Source of the DNA: Camelus dromedarius
Lineage: Eukaryota
Assembly (NCBI RefSeq): GCF_036321535.1
Contig: NC_087437.1
Span: forward strand, 98,458,001 to 98,522,000
DNA: 64,000 nt
Direction of reading: 5' to 3'
Below the pieces are notes generated by a model that was not told the DNA's origin, searched no databases, and worked only from the letters and a program-made list of their open reading frames with translations. Numbering within the stretch: position 1 is the stretch's first letter; each line of letters starts with the position of its first letter. The translations under genes and the position numbers were made by a program. Below are positions 38,201 through 50,960 of this stretch, piece after piece.

Positions 38201-41200
38201 CAGAAGTTACTCCAGAAGCTAGTGGGGGTGCTGAGGCTCTGGGAGGGCCACTGCTGGTGGTTGGGATCAAGATAAGAACTCGGTCCTTGTGGCCTGTGCC
38301 TGGAGGCCAAGGTGGAGACCAGTTCGTAGGGGTGAAGGTCAGGAAGGAATAGTTATAGTTATAGCACAGAGAACAGCAACAGCCAATGTAGCAAAGACAG
38401 AGGCCAACTGCCAGCAACCACAGGCCGAGCAGCAGGAGCCACCAGCAGTCAAATAAGAACCGGGATGAAGAAATGGCGATTGGACCCCTCCCTGCACCCC
38501 TCCCCCACACCACACACACAGATGACATCACGATGCTAGATGAGCTCCTCGGTATCCTGTAGGCTGAAGAAAGGACAAAGACGTCTTTTGAGAGCTTAGA
38601 ACAGCCATCCTAAGGAGATTAAACTATGAATTGAATATGTTTAAATTCTGAACATAAATGAACTTTTACCTCAAAGGGAATGTTTTAAACAGGATGTGAC
38701 TGGATAGACTACCTTAAAGGTACATGAATCTTTTTTTTGCTAGTGATCAAAGAGAGATTCAGAGGTAAGCTGAGGTCAGCTCTGGAAAAGTAGCACTGTT
38801 AGGTTTCTGTACATCTGATTCATGAATGCAAATGGACCGGTAATGCTCTAAAATATACCAGCTGTAGGTGAAGTCTAACTTCGAAGGATTTAGAAACTCT
38901 ACTTGATGGACACAAGGACATTTTGAAATTCACAACATTTGGAATATGTTGCCTTAGAGAGTAAGGTTGAAAGTGAAGTAGGCCTCCTGAGTATTTTGCT
39001 AGTGACCATTGACTACAAGGTCTTGGACAATCTTTGGTAACCTCACATTCACTGGAAGCCGAGGGATTTGTTAAGAGGAAAGCTGCAGATTCTTTAGGCA
39101 GAGAGAATAATGCCTTCTAGAAGAAGGTCTATTGCATTATTTGAACTGGGTTTGATCAACAGGGAACCATTCTGAGCACTCCACTACATGGTACTAGGGC
39201 ATTAGAAACATCTGAAATTGTTGCCAAAATGGGATCTATCTAGCCAATAGAACTGACTTATTGACTGGGTGATGTAGACCACAGAGGAAGGAAAAGTAAC
39301 CTACAATTATGATTACTTGATTTTTTTTCCCTCGAGACAGCTGAAGATGTGAAAAAAAAAAAAAAAAAAAGAAAGGTATGTGACTTGCTCCTACAGTATT
39401 TCATGAAAGACCCTCAAAATTCAAATTAATTTAGGATCTGTATACAGTTACAAGCCTTAGGTACTGGGAATAAAAAACAGCAATAAAACAAACACAGGTC
39501 CCTGATCTTATAGAGTTTACCTTCTAGTGGGAATGGTATATAATAAATGATTAATAAATATTTGTTTAAAGCATTGTAGTTAAATGCTTTATATATATAT
39601 ATATAATATACACATATATTAAACACATATATTCAGAAAAATAGATAAGCTCAGGATTATTGTCCTGGATCCCTTGTATCAGGGATCTGACAAAACTTCT
39701 ATTACTGTTCAGTTAATGCACAGAAAAATACTTATTTCTCTATGTGTGTTTCTGGCATGGAGATATTCTGTTCAGGGGAGGGACTATGAAAGTCCTCTCT
39801 TGTGGGAAAAGTTTTAGTTAGCCAATACAGAAGAACCTAGGAGATCAATTCATCACAATCCCATCCTGTGAAAGTCTTTACCTGAAAATGATGAGTACAC
39901 GACAGCTATTTCATTTTCATTTCAGAGGGAAAGTATGGCGATGTGAAAAGCATAGACATCTGGCCTGGGGGCATGTGAGAAGGCATAACTAGGTTTGGGA
40001 ACATGGCATTGGTTGCTGGTAAGATTCCATTGAATGACTGTCAAGCAGTGTGAGGTCCAAAGGCGGCACCATTTCACATGTGGCATGCTCTTCTCTAACA
40101 ACACTCAGCAAACTGGTGTTTAGGGCATTGCACATGGGTTTTTGACTTCAGCTAGGGATGGGATTCCACTGGGTAGATGCAATGCTTCAGAAGTTCTAGG
40201 GAGTAACAGGTGTGGCTTGACAGGAAGATGCTGGCTGATGGGAGGAAATGGCCAAGGGGGTATAAGCCTGCATCAAGTCAAAATTGGCACAGTGGGTGTA
40301 GGGATGAAGAGAGCTGATATGATAAGAGATTTTGGTCCATGCATAAGATGTCAGCATTTAAGATTTCAGAATTGGAGAATTTCAGAATGATTTCAAGGAA
40401 TAATTTCATGGCCATGTATGAGAGGTAGTTCAAGCAGAGTGAAAATGGAAGATTTGGAATTAAAATGAAGGAAAATGTGAGGAAGATATATTGGAAATAT
40501 CACCTAAATGACTATTTAGCTTACTCAGAAGTTAAGAATTTGACAAGCTAAAGGGAAGTATGTGGTCCGGTTGCCCAAACTGAAGGTTAGTAAAAGGTAC
40601 TAACAAGGTGAATAGCTGGTTTATATCAGCCCCAAAGGGCAGCTTCTGACATTTTTGACATGCAGAGGAATAATGGTTTTATGTAAAAGGGAAGGAGGAG
40701 ATACCAGCACCTCGTTCTCTTCATTACAAGGGTTTGTATGGGAAATTCTGGCCTTCAGGGCTATTAGACTCCAGTTAAGACAAGAAGCATTCTGCCAAGA
40801 GGTTTTCAGTGGCGGAGTTTTCTATCATAGAGTGGGGAATGCAGAGACTACGACCAACCAAGGCAGCCAGAAGTGAAGTCTGGGACTGAGAGTAGGGGAG
40901 GGGATAGAAGGTCAAAGGGCAGGGACTGAGAATAAACAGGGGTGTGAGGTCTGGGAAGATTAGCTGCTCCCCAGGATCCAAGTGGAGCAGAGGTACAAAG
41001 TAGTTTCCTACCCTGCTGGCTCAGGCCCTGGGGGGTGTTGTCAGAGGCTTCATGATATTAGCAAATTGTGATTTTTTTTTTCAGCTTTTCAAACAAAATC
41101 TTGGTAGGAAGCTCTTATGTGCCTCTGAAGTGATCCTAGTTCAGGCATTTGCAAGTAAGAAAGAGTGAGCGTCCCTGGGGGTGGGATGGTTCTGAATCCA

Positions 41201-41299
41201 CTCAAAAGCCAGCTGTGGCCTGAGTCAGTAGCCCTTTTGACGAAAGTCTAGCCAGGGATAAAGGGATATATCTTGTTTTCCAGTCCACCTTTTAGTCTA

Positions 41300-41300
<1 letters not shown>

Positions 41301-41370
<70 letters not shown>
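41301..41370. repeat. (ATT)~23 microsatellite, the tail of the adjacent SINE
   Basis: Perfect ATT run abutting the SINE 3' end; it explains the poly-Tyr ORF 41273..41485. Confidence 0.95.
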
Positions 41371-41371
<1 letters not shown>

Positions 41372-41457
41372 TTTTTAATGGAGGTACTGGGTACTGAACC
41401 CAGGACCTTGTGCAAGTTAAACATGGACTCTACCACTGAACTGTGGCTACGCCCACC
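41371..41457 (-). mobile_element. tRNA-Ala-derived SINE (camelid Vic-1-like)
   Basis: Minus strand reads ggtgggcgtagccacagttcagtggtagagtccatgtttaacttgcacaaggtcctgggttcagtacccagtacctccattaaaaag, with A-box-like and B-box (GGTTCAGTACC) motifs. Short TSD agtctat (41294) / agcctat (41458). Confidence 0.85.
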
Positions 41458-42637
41458 AGCCTATCTTTTTAAGTTTGCATCGTGACTGTTCATGGTTGTG
41501 ACCAAGGCCCTTCCAAGGAGCTCCTTAACCACATTGGTTAGCCCTTCTTATTTTTCAAGTCTGAGCCAAAATGTGGGTTCCTTGGTTGAACTACTTACAG
41601 AATGAATCACTTTAACTAAATTCAGAAGATATAGTCACAGAAAAACAAAAACAAAAACAAAGACAAAAACCCAGACAGGATCATAAGTAATAATAATAAA
41701 TTACTTCGACTTCCTCTCAGATCCATGCTTCCTCAGTTTTATTCCACACTAGGTTTTCTCTAATTAGGCCTGTGGAGGCAAACTTGGAACTTTACCATGC
41801 AGCATTTTGGTTGGTTGGTGAGAGAGGAAATAAGAGAAAGAGAGAGAGAGGCAGGGAGAGGGAAAGGGGGAGAGAGAGCAAGCTAATACCTTGTGATTTT
41901 TTCTTTTTTTAATCCAGTCACCACCTTGGAAACCATGAGTGTTCTGGATGAAAAAACAACTCTTTTGTTCTCCAGGAAAACTCAATTTGAAATAAATATA
42001 CATGGATTTAAAATAATACATTCATTTAAATTCTCTAGGTACAACCACTTTGATGGAAATTTCCCTAAAAAAGCAACAAATTATTTGCCTCTGCATCTAA
42101 TCAACCAATCAGACACCCCCATGCTGATTACTTAATGAACTAGAATTTTAATGCAAAAATGTATGATTATCAACAATTCTTCTGACACCCCTCCCCCACC
42201 CCCCAAAACCACAAACACTTTGTGCTTATAATTCTTACCAAATTAGTTAATATTTTCTTCAACCATAGAACAGAATTTGTTAATCTAAACTGAATTCCTG
42301 GCCAAATATCTCAGAGCAGCTAGCAAAGCATGCAGCCAAGCAGATAAGACGGAGTTGATGGCTAACCAAATGGTTCTCGTCTCACTATGCAGAAGAAAAT
42401 AATGCAGCTAGCTATATGAAAAGAAAAGAAAGCCCAGGGCCTGTTGCAGAAGTCTCAAGTTAAAGACCAAAGAAAGAAAGAAAGAAATCCTATAATGGGC
42501 TTACATTCTATGTACTATTTCACCAAAATTTCGAGGAAGAATCTTCACAACAGGAACACTCGTCCAGTTTTGGGTGGGAAAGTGAGACAAAGTGGCTGGT
42601 TCTGGTCCAGACTTAGTGAGTTGTTTTTGCTCTTTTC

Positions 42638-42950
42638 AACTTATTTACAAACCAGAAACAAACTTAGAGACATAGAAAACAAACTTACGCTTACCAAAGG
42701 AGAAAGCAGAAGGAGGGATAAATTAGGAGTTTGGGATTAGCAGATACAAACTACTATATATTAAATAGATAAACAACACAGTCCTACTATGGCACAGGGA
42801 ACTGTATTCAATATCCTGTAATAAATTATAGTGGAAAAGAACATGAGAAAGGATATATATGTATAACTGAGTCACTGTGCTGTACATTAGACACTAGTAC
42901 AACATTGTAAATCAGTTATACTTCAATAAAATTTTTAAAAATAAAATAGA
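42638..42950 (+). mobile_element. 5'-truncated Cetartiodactyla-type L1 3' end
   Basis: aacttatttacaaaccagaaac..gggataaattaggagtttgggattagcagatacaaactact..cacagggaact.tattcaatatc..ataactgagtcact.tgctgtac..aacattgtaaatca..tatacttcaataaaa plus an A-rich tail. Confidence 0.9.
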
Positions 42951-44784
42951 AAAGAGCTCAGTCTGCCTTAATAGACTGGTGTTCCATATTACTCTTACAG
43001 CTCTTTGCTCTGACATCCATTTCCCGAATGGAATTCAAGTATGGAGTAAAAGTGAGGAGTGTGGAAATCTGAGTGGAAGTCAAAATAATCTGTGGGGCCT
43101 GAACTGTACACACAGGAGATTATTCATGGAAAAGTCCTATTGTGAAACAGATATAATTTGTCTTCTAGTGAAAGGATGTATTAACTATATAATTGATTAT
43201 TGACAAAATCACATAGAAGTTTTCATGAAGTGAATGAATCCTGTCTATGCCTCATTTTCAAAGTAATAAGCATGACTCTTTTATAATCAACCTATATTAT
43301 TTAGAATGATTTTACCCAACAATAACAGCAACTATTTCATGAACATGATGTGAGGAGTCATTGAGCCAATAGATACAAAGGATATAAAATTGCGCCTACT
43401 TCCCAGAAGCACACGATAAACATTAGCTATTATCATTATCACTCTAGACGGTAAATAATCCCCTTCCTACAAAAGAGGAGCTTGAATTTCAGAGCATTTT
43501 ACTGACTTGCACAAGATACAAATTAAATCACCGAATTGAGAGTGCTGCCAGGTCACAGTGAAATTACCTGAACTATTGGCCTACTCCTAAATCTATTTCC
43601 AAAATCGTAAATCCAAAGCCATAATTGAAACAGACTCACATGTGGGCAGTCAGAAGAGACATTGACCAAAATGTTGTCAAATCACATTTTACAGTAAATG
43701 CTGCTGCAGCAGGGACAAAGTTTGAGACTTAAGCTGTTCATCTTCATAACTCAGATCTTTTGCTGATGTCTGGAGACTTTGCAAGGAGAGATCCTTCCAG
43801 GGTCTGTTTGCATGAGCAACTAAAAACTAGCAAGTGGAGGAATTCATTGTGAGAAGACAGAAATTTGAGGTGCCCAAAACTGATTCCATTACTGGTTGCC
43901 ATCAGAGGAGAAGGAAAAGTTTTGAGTAGTCTGGTGAATGGTGACCAGGCTGTCCTATAGACTGGACCTCCTTGCCCCAGCAATCCCGTGTCCAAGGGAG
44001 GAGGAGAAAGCAGCAATACAAGCCCAGGACCAGAAACATCTCTATGAGCTGTTGAGAATGAAGGCTGGTCATGGATACTCAGTATTAGAAGGTGGTGTTT
44101 ACAGTGTGTAACCTAAGTAGAGTGGAGGATGTTTTTCCCGCTAGAAGAGGTAGCTGAGAGCAACTTGGCATTCGGAAGAAGAGAAACATAATGCATCTGA
44201 AGGGCATAAGGAGCGGTTCTCAGAGCCCTGGGCTGGAAGCCACCACTGTTTTCATCATCAGGATAGCAATGTGGGAGCCCGGGTCCCATGACATCCACAT
44301 TCCACGATGGAGGAAGGAGTAGTAGATGCCTCGTGGGAGGTAGGAGAGCTGCATCGCCCATAAAATGGGAGTTTTCTTAAAAAATTAGAGGCATTAGAAG
44401 GAGATTGGAGTTTCTATGATTTAGTAGGTGGGAGACGGGTCAAATTCTATTTAAACTTTATTATAATGATTCAAGTTTTCCCCATAAGTTATGGATACAT
44501 ACATTAATTCTTACATTAATGTATTGTGCAGAACTGTGCTAGGTACTGTGGATAGGAAAGGGAATCATATAATTATGGTTCTTGTTCTCAAGGACTTAAA
44601 GCTTTGTGGAGAAATGTCAGTTCCATGAGGACAGATAGTTTATCTCTTTTGTTCACTTTTGTTCATTTTTGTACTCTAGGACTAAAAAGGAGTACCTGGG
44701 ATGGGAGAGGCAATTATCAAATACTCACTGAAATAATTTTTAAAGGACCTTAGTTTGTTTAATAAGAATTTTAAAGAGTGATAT

Positions 44785-45315
44785 CTATTTTACTCTTATA
44801 TATATGCCAAAGAGAATTGAAAATATGTCTACACAAAAACTCACATACAAATATTCCTAGCAGCATTACTCATAGCATCCAGAAAGTAGGAACAACACAA
44901 ATGTCCATCAATTGCTGACTGGATAAATAAAAAGTAGTGTATTTATACAGTGGAATATTATTCAGCCCTGAAAAAGAATGAAGTACTGATTCTTGTTACA
45001 ACATGGATGAAACTTGAAAACATTATGCTAAGTGAAAGAAACCAATCACAAAGACCATGTACTGTATGATTGAATTTATATGAAACTTCCAGAATATGCA
45101 AATCCATAGAAACAGAATGTAGATTAGTAATTGCCAGAGGCTAGGTGGAGGGGGTGGGAGTGGAGAGTGACGGCTAATGGGTATGAGGTTTCTTTTTGGG
45201 GTGATGGGAATATTCCAAAATTTATTGTAGTAATGGCTGAACAACTCTGTGAGTATACTGAAAATCACTGAGTTGTACATTTGGAATGAATGAATTGGAT
45301 GGTATGTAAATTATA
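44785..45315 (+). mobile_element. L1MB-type 3' fragment (end of ORF2 plus 3'UTR)
   Basis: caaatgtccatcaa..tggataaa..tggaatattattcagcc..aaaagaatgaagtactgat..acaacatggatgaa.cttgaaaacattatgctaagtgaaagaa..caaatccatagaaacagaa..tttctttttggggtgatg. Confidence 0.9.
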
Positions 45316-47351
45316 AGTTATACATAGAGTAAGAAAGGGAAAACAAAAGAAAGAAAGAGAGGAAGAGAGAGAGAGAAATATCTGCAAGCTACTGTGGGAA
45401 TGCATGGAATGGACCACACAAACCAGCACATTAGTAAATTAATCCTAACTTTAACCTTAGTTCATTCTCCCACCTAGAGAATGTCTGAAATGATTTTCTA
45501 ATAGAGATTTGCTGCAGATGCGAAATGAAAGAAAAATCTAATTTAAAAATGCAATGTTTTCTCAAATCTTCCTTCCTCACATCAGGGGTCATGTGGTTCT
45601 ATCTGCAGACTGAGTTCTACCCTAGGATCTAAAATCAATCTTGTTTTTGATGGGGACATTTATTGAACTTGAGTTTGATACTTCTAGGACTTAGCATTTC
45701 TACTTTTCTGCTAGTCTTGTTCTGATCTAGAATTTGCATGTAAGCCATATTCTTCAGTCTAAATCCCAAGCTGCCCTTGCAGTTCTTGTCCCCTGACTTC
45801 TACTCTTGTACCCAAGCCCTTAGCCTAAGATGCAGTCTGTTTGAACTGAGACCTTGCCTGGGATCCTTTTCAGGGATTTTCCAGGCATGAGGATTTGGTC
45901 CTTGGCTCCTGTTGGGTCCTGGATTGTCTTCCCAGATGCTGATCCCCACTCAATACTTCTTGCCTTGCCTTGCAGTGTTGTGGAGCTTTAGTGATGCCAT
46001 ATGCTTGGCCAGATGCCCTCCACTTATCTGTAAATATCAAGACACAGCATTCCAGGAGTTTGGCTGGACTTCCTTCCACCACTGGTGAGCCACATTCCTC
46101 CTCTCAACTTTCTCAGGCCCACAGCATACATTCCAGGTCACCTCAATGATACCAATCTTAGGGGAATAACTTTTTTTTTTAATATCTAGGTGTGTCATCA
46201 GAATAATTTTGGTTTTGACAGAAGTTTATGATTTTTCGTTCAGCTTATCTTTTGTAGGGATTCAACAGATACACATTTATTAATTCAATGATAAGGGCTT
46301 ACTATAGCAGTACCGTTATGGTGCTGGTTACACAAAGCTAAAAAGTAAAGCTCCTACTTGAAACCATGATGGTGATGATGATGACAATTAATATATTTGG
46401 ATATTCACTAAGTACAGTTACTAGACCAAGTGATAGAGCCTCATTATCTCATTTATTTTTCATAACAACCCTATATTGTAGATTCTAATATCATATGCAT
46501 TTTAAAGATAATAAAACTGAGACCTAGGGAATAACATGCCCAGGATTCAAGTCTTAGATTATCAAATTCTGAATCCTAAGCTCTTAATCATCATGTTGCT
46601 ATCACAAAACAATCTTAGATTAAGATAACATTCAGTCTTAAAATGTCTTTTGGAAGAACAATAAACAAACAAGCTTCCTACTCCCATTCCTAAGATAATT
46701 CATCCAGGGTCAAGAACTAGAGTTCCACATGATAGGGACAGACACCAGAGGTCAAGTTCAAGGATGTTATTAAGGCAGGAAAAGACAGGTGAGTCCTAGA
46801 TGTCCAAATAGGCCCCCAGGTACAGAGCCCAAGGAATTTTAGGTTCAAAAATAGGAATGAGGACTCCAGAGACTAAATTATGAGACAGTCTGAGCTACAG
46901 TATTTCTGCATCTAGACGGGTTCTGAGGAACAGACACAGGGAATCAAAGGCAATAGTGAGCATGATGGTGAGTCAGGAGCCCTGCAGTGTGAAGAACCTT
47001 CAGAATTCCTTCCCAGACCTGATCTGATCTCAGTGAGGCAAGTCACAGGTGAAGACATGCAGGCCACCTGATGGAAGTGGAGAAGTGAAGGGAGCAAACT
47101 GTGAATCCACTACAATTTAATAATACAACCTCACGTGGAGACTAACCTATATCCAAAATCCAAGCAAACTGGATTCCACTGAGTGATTCTTTTTGATGTA
47201 ACCCAAAAAGGAAGAAAAATAAACATCAAAAGAACTAGAAAAATCATTAAAATGAGCTAAAGCAATATTAGACATATCATAGAATATTCGAGAGCAGAAA
47301 TAGTAAGCAGACTTGAAATTCATGCAGAGCAGAGTTTCACCACTTTTGATA

Positions 47352-47893
47352 TGTTGTATTTTCCAAAGATGACCACAACAACATCTTCCCATGTATTCTT
47401 CTAGAGTTGCATCACTCCCTAATCAAGAGATGAGGTCTAAGTCCCTTCCCCTGAATCTCAGTGAGCTTTTATCATCTCTGTAACCAATAGATTGTGTTAG
47501 AAGCAATTGTGTGATTCCTGAGGATAAGCCACAAAAGGCTATGGAGCTTTTATATTGTTGTTAGATGGAACACTTACTTTTTAGAGCCCTGAGATGTTAT
47601 ATGAGGACACAATGGCTCCAAGACTGCTATGCTGGAGAGCCAACAGTCCAGCTGAGCTCCAGACCGCAGTCTGCTTCAACTGTGAGTGCACCATTTTGGA
47701 CAGCCAGTCCAGTTGAGCCTTCAGACGACCTCAGCTGTAACCAACATCTGACTGCAATTTCACAAGGAAAGTCAAGCAAGAACTACCCAGCTAACAGCTT
47801 ACGAATTCCTGACCCACAAAATTGTGAGCAAACTGTAGTCATCATTTTAAGCTGCTAAATTTGGAGGTAACTGCAGCAGTAGTAACCTGAACA
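47352..47893 (+). mobile_element. MLT1G/H-type MaLR solo LTR
   Basis: tgtattttccaaagatgaccacaac..tcaagag.tgaggtcta..ccccctgaatct..ccagttgagccttcagacgac..catctgactgcaa..agcaagaactacccagct..aattcctgacccacaaaattgtgag..ttttaagctgctaa.tttgg..taacctgaaca. Confidence 0.8.
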
Positions 47894-49329
47894 CCACAGA
47901 AGAGAGAACAATCTCTGTGTTTCTAAGACACGTGGCTCATCTCTTCACATCGTGGCAATAAGGATGACAGCTGAATCTGGAGGGAGACACACCAGTGTGG
48001 GGAGAGAAGAGCCTGAGTCCCACTGGAGGTTAGTTTAGAGTCACCAGTGATATAATCTGTTCATAAAAGTTCATTCACTATTTATGCCATGATTAAACTT
48101 AGCGAGATCTCCAAAATAGTTGCTTAATTTTTTCTCAAGTCCAGATTTGTCTTTATCTAAACAAGTATTCATTCACTGATTTCAGGTCCAGAAGGTGGAT
48201 AAACTTCCAAGATAACAGCATGGATTTCCCAGTATTCTATCAGTGGATCAGATAAGACACATGCATCTGTGTATTTACTTTCAACTCCACAGCAACGTGT
48301 TAGTGGAGACTCCAGGAATTGATGGTGAAAAGAAACCCTCTATTACTTCTACTTATAAGTCTACTAATTATAAAATGACATATTCAGAGTAATTGTTTTT
48401 AAAACATAAGTCATTATTCAGCAAGCTATAAATGAGGATTCTTAATTCTATTACCTCTTCTTCTTCACCGATTCCCATGATTAGAATTTTTGCAAATGAT
48501 GCACCTTCTCCTTGTCTCAATTTCTCTTCCAGCTAAAGACTCCCATAAAACATGCTCTCTGCAGAATTCTCAGGAGGAGGGAGAACGAGCTTAGCCATCA
48601 CCTCTTAACCTATTCCGCACACCCTCAGCCAGCAACCTCATTCTCCTTTTGGCATTCGGAGGGCTCTGGTATATCCCTTGCCCTCAAAAATGCTATCAAC
48701 ATAATGAAAATTGAGATGAAAATTAATCATTTGGTGAGCTTCCTTCTGCGTCTGTTTTAAAACTTTCTGGGGGTGGGGGTAGATGGGAGAAATCTGTAGA
48801 ACTTTGAAAGCTTGTACTGGGATTCATGTTGTCTGTATTGTACTGGGAAATCTGAGAAGGTCCATGAGGATTGTTTATCAGGGAGAAATGAGATGATACT
48901 GTTTCTCAGCATTTGAGATCCAGAACCTCAAATTGGAACCAGTATTCTGTCTCTAATTTCCCATGGTTGTCTGCCCATACAGTGGTCTTCCTACTTACTG
49001 CCTTATATTTGTATTTTCTGGTTGGGTCCTTTCCCCTACTAGACTGTAAGCTTCTCACATGTTTCTGTATCTCAGAGCATAGAACTGGATCAGGATATAA
49101 TAAGAATTTAATGGCTTTTGATGAATTAACACCATCTTAACTTTAAAAAGGGGGGAGAAAAAGAGGTCATGAATCAAATGATACTTGGGAAATATCCACC
49201 TGGGGGGGTGAATACGGAGGCCTGGTTATCTTTACACCAACGTTCGGCATCTCAGCCCTTCAGAATGCAGTCAATCTGGACATGTCCTCAAATCTCCTCA
49301 CAAATAAGAGATGGAATAATAATAATGGT

Positions 49330-49560
49330 ACCTGATATTTGTAAAGTACTTTTGTGTTTATCATATTGATTTTTATGGCAATCTTTTTAGAAACTGTTTG
49401 GCAAAATCCATTATTATCATTTTTAAAGATTAAGAAACTGAAACTCAAGGAGGTAAAACTATTCGCCTAGTTACTCAGGAATAAAGTGACAGGGACAAAA
49501 CAAAAACCTAGAATCCAGGACTCCTGTCCTAATCCAGTGCTCTTTCCACTAGAGCCCACT
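49330..49560 (-). mobile_element. MIR SINE just upstream of the candidate exon
   Basis: ttattatcatttttaaagattaagaaactgaaactcaaggaggtaaa..ctagaatccaggactcctg.ct..tccagtgctctttccact. Confidence 0.75.
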
Positions 49561-49693
49561 GTAAAATTCTGGAAAGAGCAGAAATCATTGCTTATACACA
49601 CAAGAAAAAATTTAGTTTGGATCTCGATCAAAATCTGATGTTGTGGATTTCTGCAATCCACCTTAGCTGAGAGGTACTCATTTTTCATTTCAG

Positions 49694-49864
49694 GGCCAGC
49701 ACTTCAGTAGCTGAAAGCAGTCTGTGCATTCATTTGAAATGAAGGATGGGAAGTTCCCTGAAAAGGTTCGAAGTCTTAATTCAATTGATATTGGCACAAT
49801 AAAGTCTAGGACACATCCAAGTCCATTACTAAGACTTCTCATGCCAGCAGATTTGCAAAACGAG
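49694..49864 (+). other. candidate internal 5'UTR exon (171 nt)
   Basis: Acceptor tcatttttcatttcag|GG (AG at 49692-49693) and donor GAG|GTGAGG (GT at 49865), in unique, non-repeat sequence. Confidence 0.65.
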
Positions 49865-50519
49865 GTGAGGAATTGCATCAAGTTCTTTCTGCTATGTGTT
49901 TTAAGGTAAAGTGGTACAGATCCCCTTCCTTCACATGAGAACTGAAGAGTGTGTGCTCAGTGATAGTCTGCCTGTACAAGCGACACCATAAGGAAGGGCA
50001 AAAATGAAATCTCTACCTCTTGCTTCCCCTTGTAATGTGCACAGCAAGAGCTCCTGATTCTTCAGGCTGGAATGGGACATGCACATGTATGGCAGTGGGC
50101 AACGGGGACTGGAAGATTCCATCGTTCCTCATCCCTGTGGTCATCCCACATTCTCAAGAGTTGGCCAAGAGTTAGGAACATAAAGGGGGAAAAATGAAAT
50201 TTTTGTTGCTGCTTTTTAAAGCCAATATTTTGGAATTGTGAGGGTATTTTAAACTAAATATTTTGGTTAGATCTGTTTTGCTACATTTATGCAAATATAA
50301 CCTAATTTTGACTTCCTCCTTATGTTTTCTCATAGCTTTCTACAAGACCTAAGATCCCAAGGGAGGGCTCAATACACTGTTTCAAGTCTTGGTTTTAGAC
50401 TTTCCAGAAAAATAAAAGAAATGTGGAATAATTTTTTATCAGGATGATTATAGCTTCAAGTAATGGAAAACCTTGATTCAACTTGATCAAATAAGGCTTT
50501 TAATTATGTCTTGTAGCAA

Positions 50520-50960
50520 AAAGTCCAGAAGGCATGGTATAGTCAGGATCCAGCTTTGAACTCTTCTGTGCCTTGGATTCTCTCATGGCTGGCTCCTGTC
50601 AGGGTTCAAAATGGCTGTACCAGGTCTGAATGACATATCTGTATATAATAATGACCAGGGGCAGAAAAAAAGGGGCTACCTTTTCCATGTACAGCTTTTG
50701 GGGGGAAACTGATTTTCCTTGCAGCTGTCTGGCTCATTAGCCAGACATGTGTCATAGGGCCATGCTTCAGCCATGGGCATAAGCACTGAGACCATCATGT
50801 TTTTCTCAGACCGATTAGGACTTACCCTGAGACTGGAGCTTGAGTGAGTTTCCCTTAAGTATATAACTGCAGAGAAAGGTAGGCATCAGAAGAAAGGAAG
50901 AAGTTGGTGTGGTTGGAATTGGGGAGATGAATCGTCATCGGACTGGAAATCAACAGTGTT
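50520..50960. mobile_element. old MaLR LTR (MLT1J/K-like), diverged
   Basis: aagtccaga..ctctcatgg..caaaatggctg..ccagg..ctcattagccaga..tgtcat.ggccatgct motif order. Confidence 0.5.

Noticed and set aside
37170..38700. GC-richer block with many overlapping ORFs (e.g. 38127..38531, 134 aa)
   Set aside because: ORFs occur on both strands with no recognisable domain or convincing splice framing. The sequence looks like a composite of old LTR/hAT fragments whose families I cannot assign confidently.
41371..41457. Possible tRNA-Ala gene
   Set aside because: Diverged stems and anticodon arm, an A-rich tail and a TSD indicate a SINE, not a functional tRNA.
41273..41485. Poly-tyrosine ORF
   Set aside because: It is a translation of the (ATT)n SINE tail.
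42629..42957. 9-bp inverted match gctcttttc / gaaaagagc flanking the L1 instead of a direct TSD
   Set aside because: Too short and A/T-run-rich to distinguish from chance.
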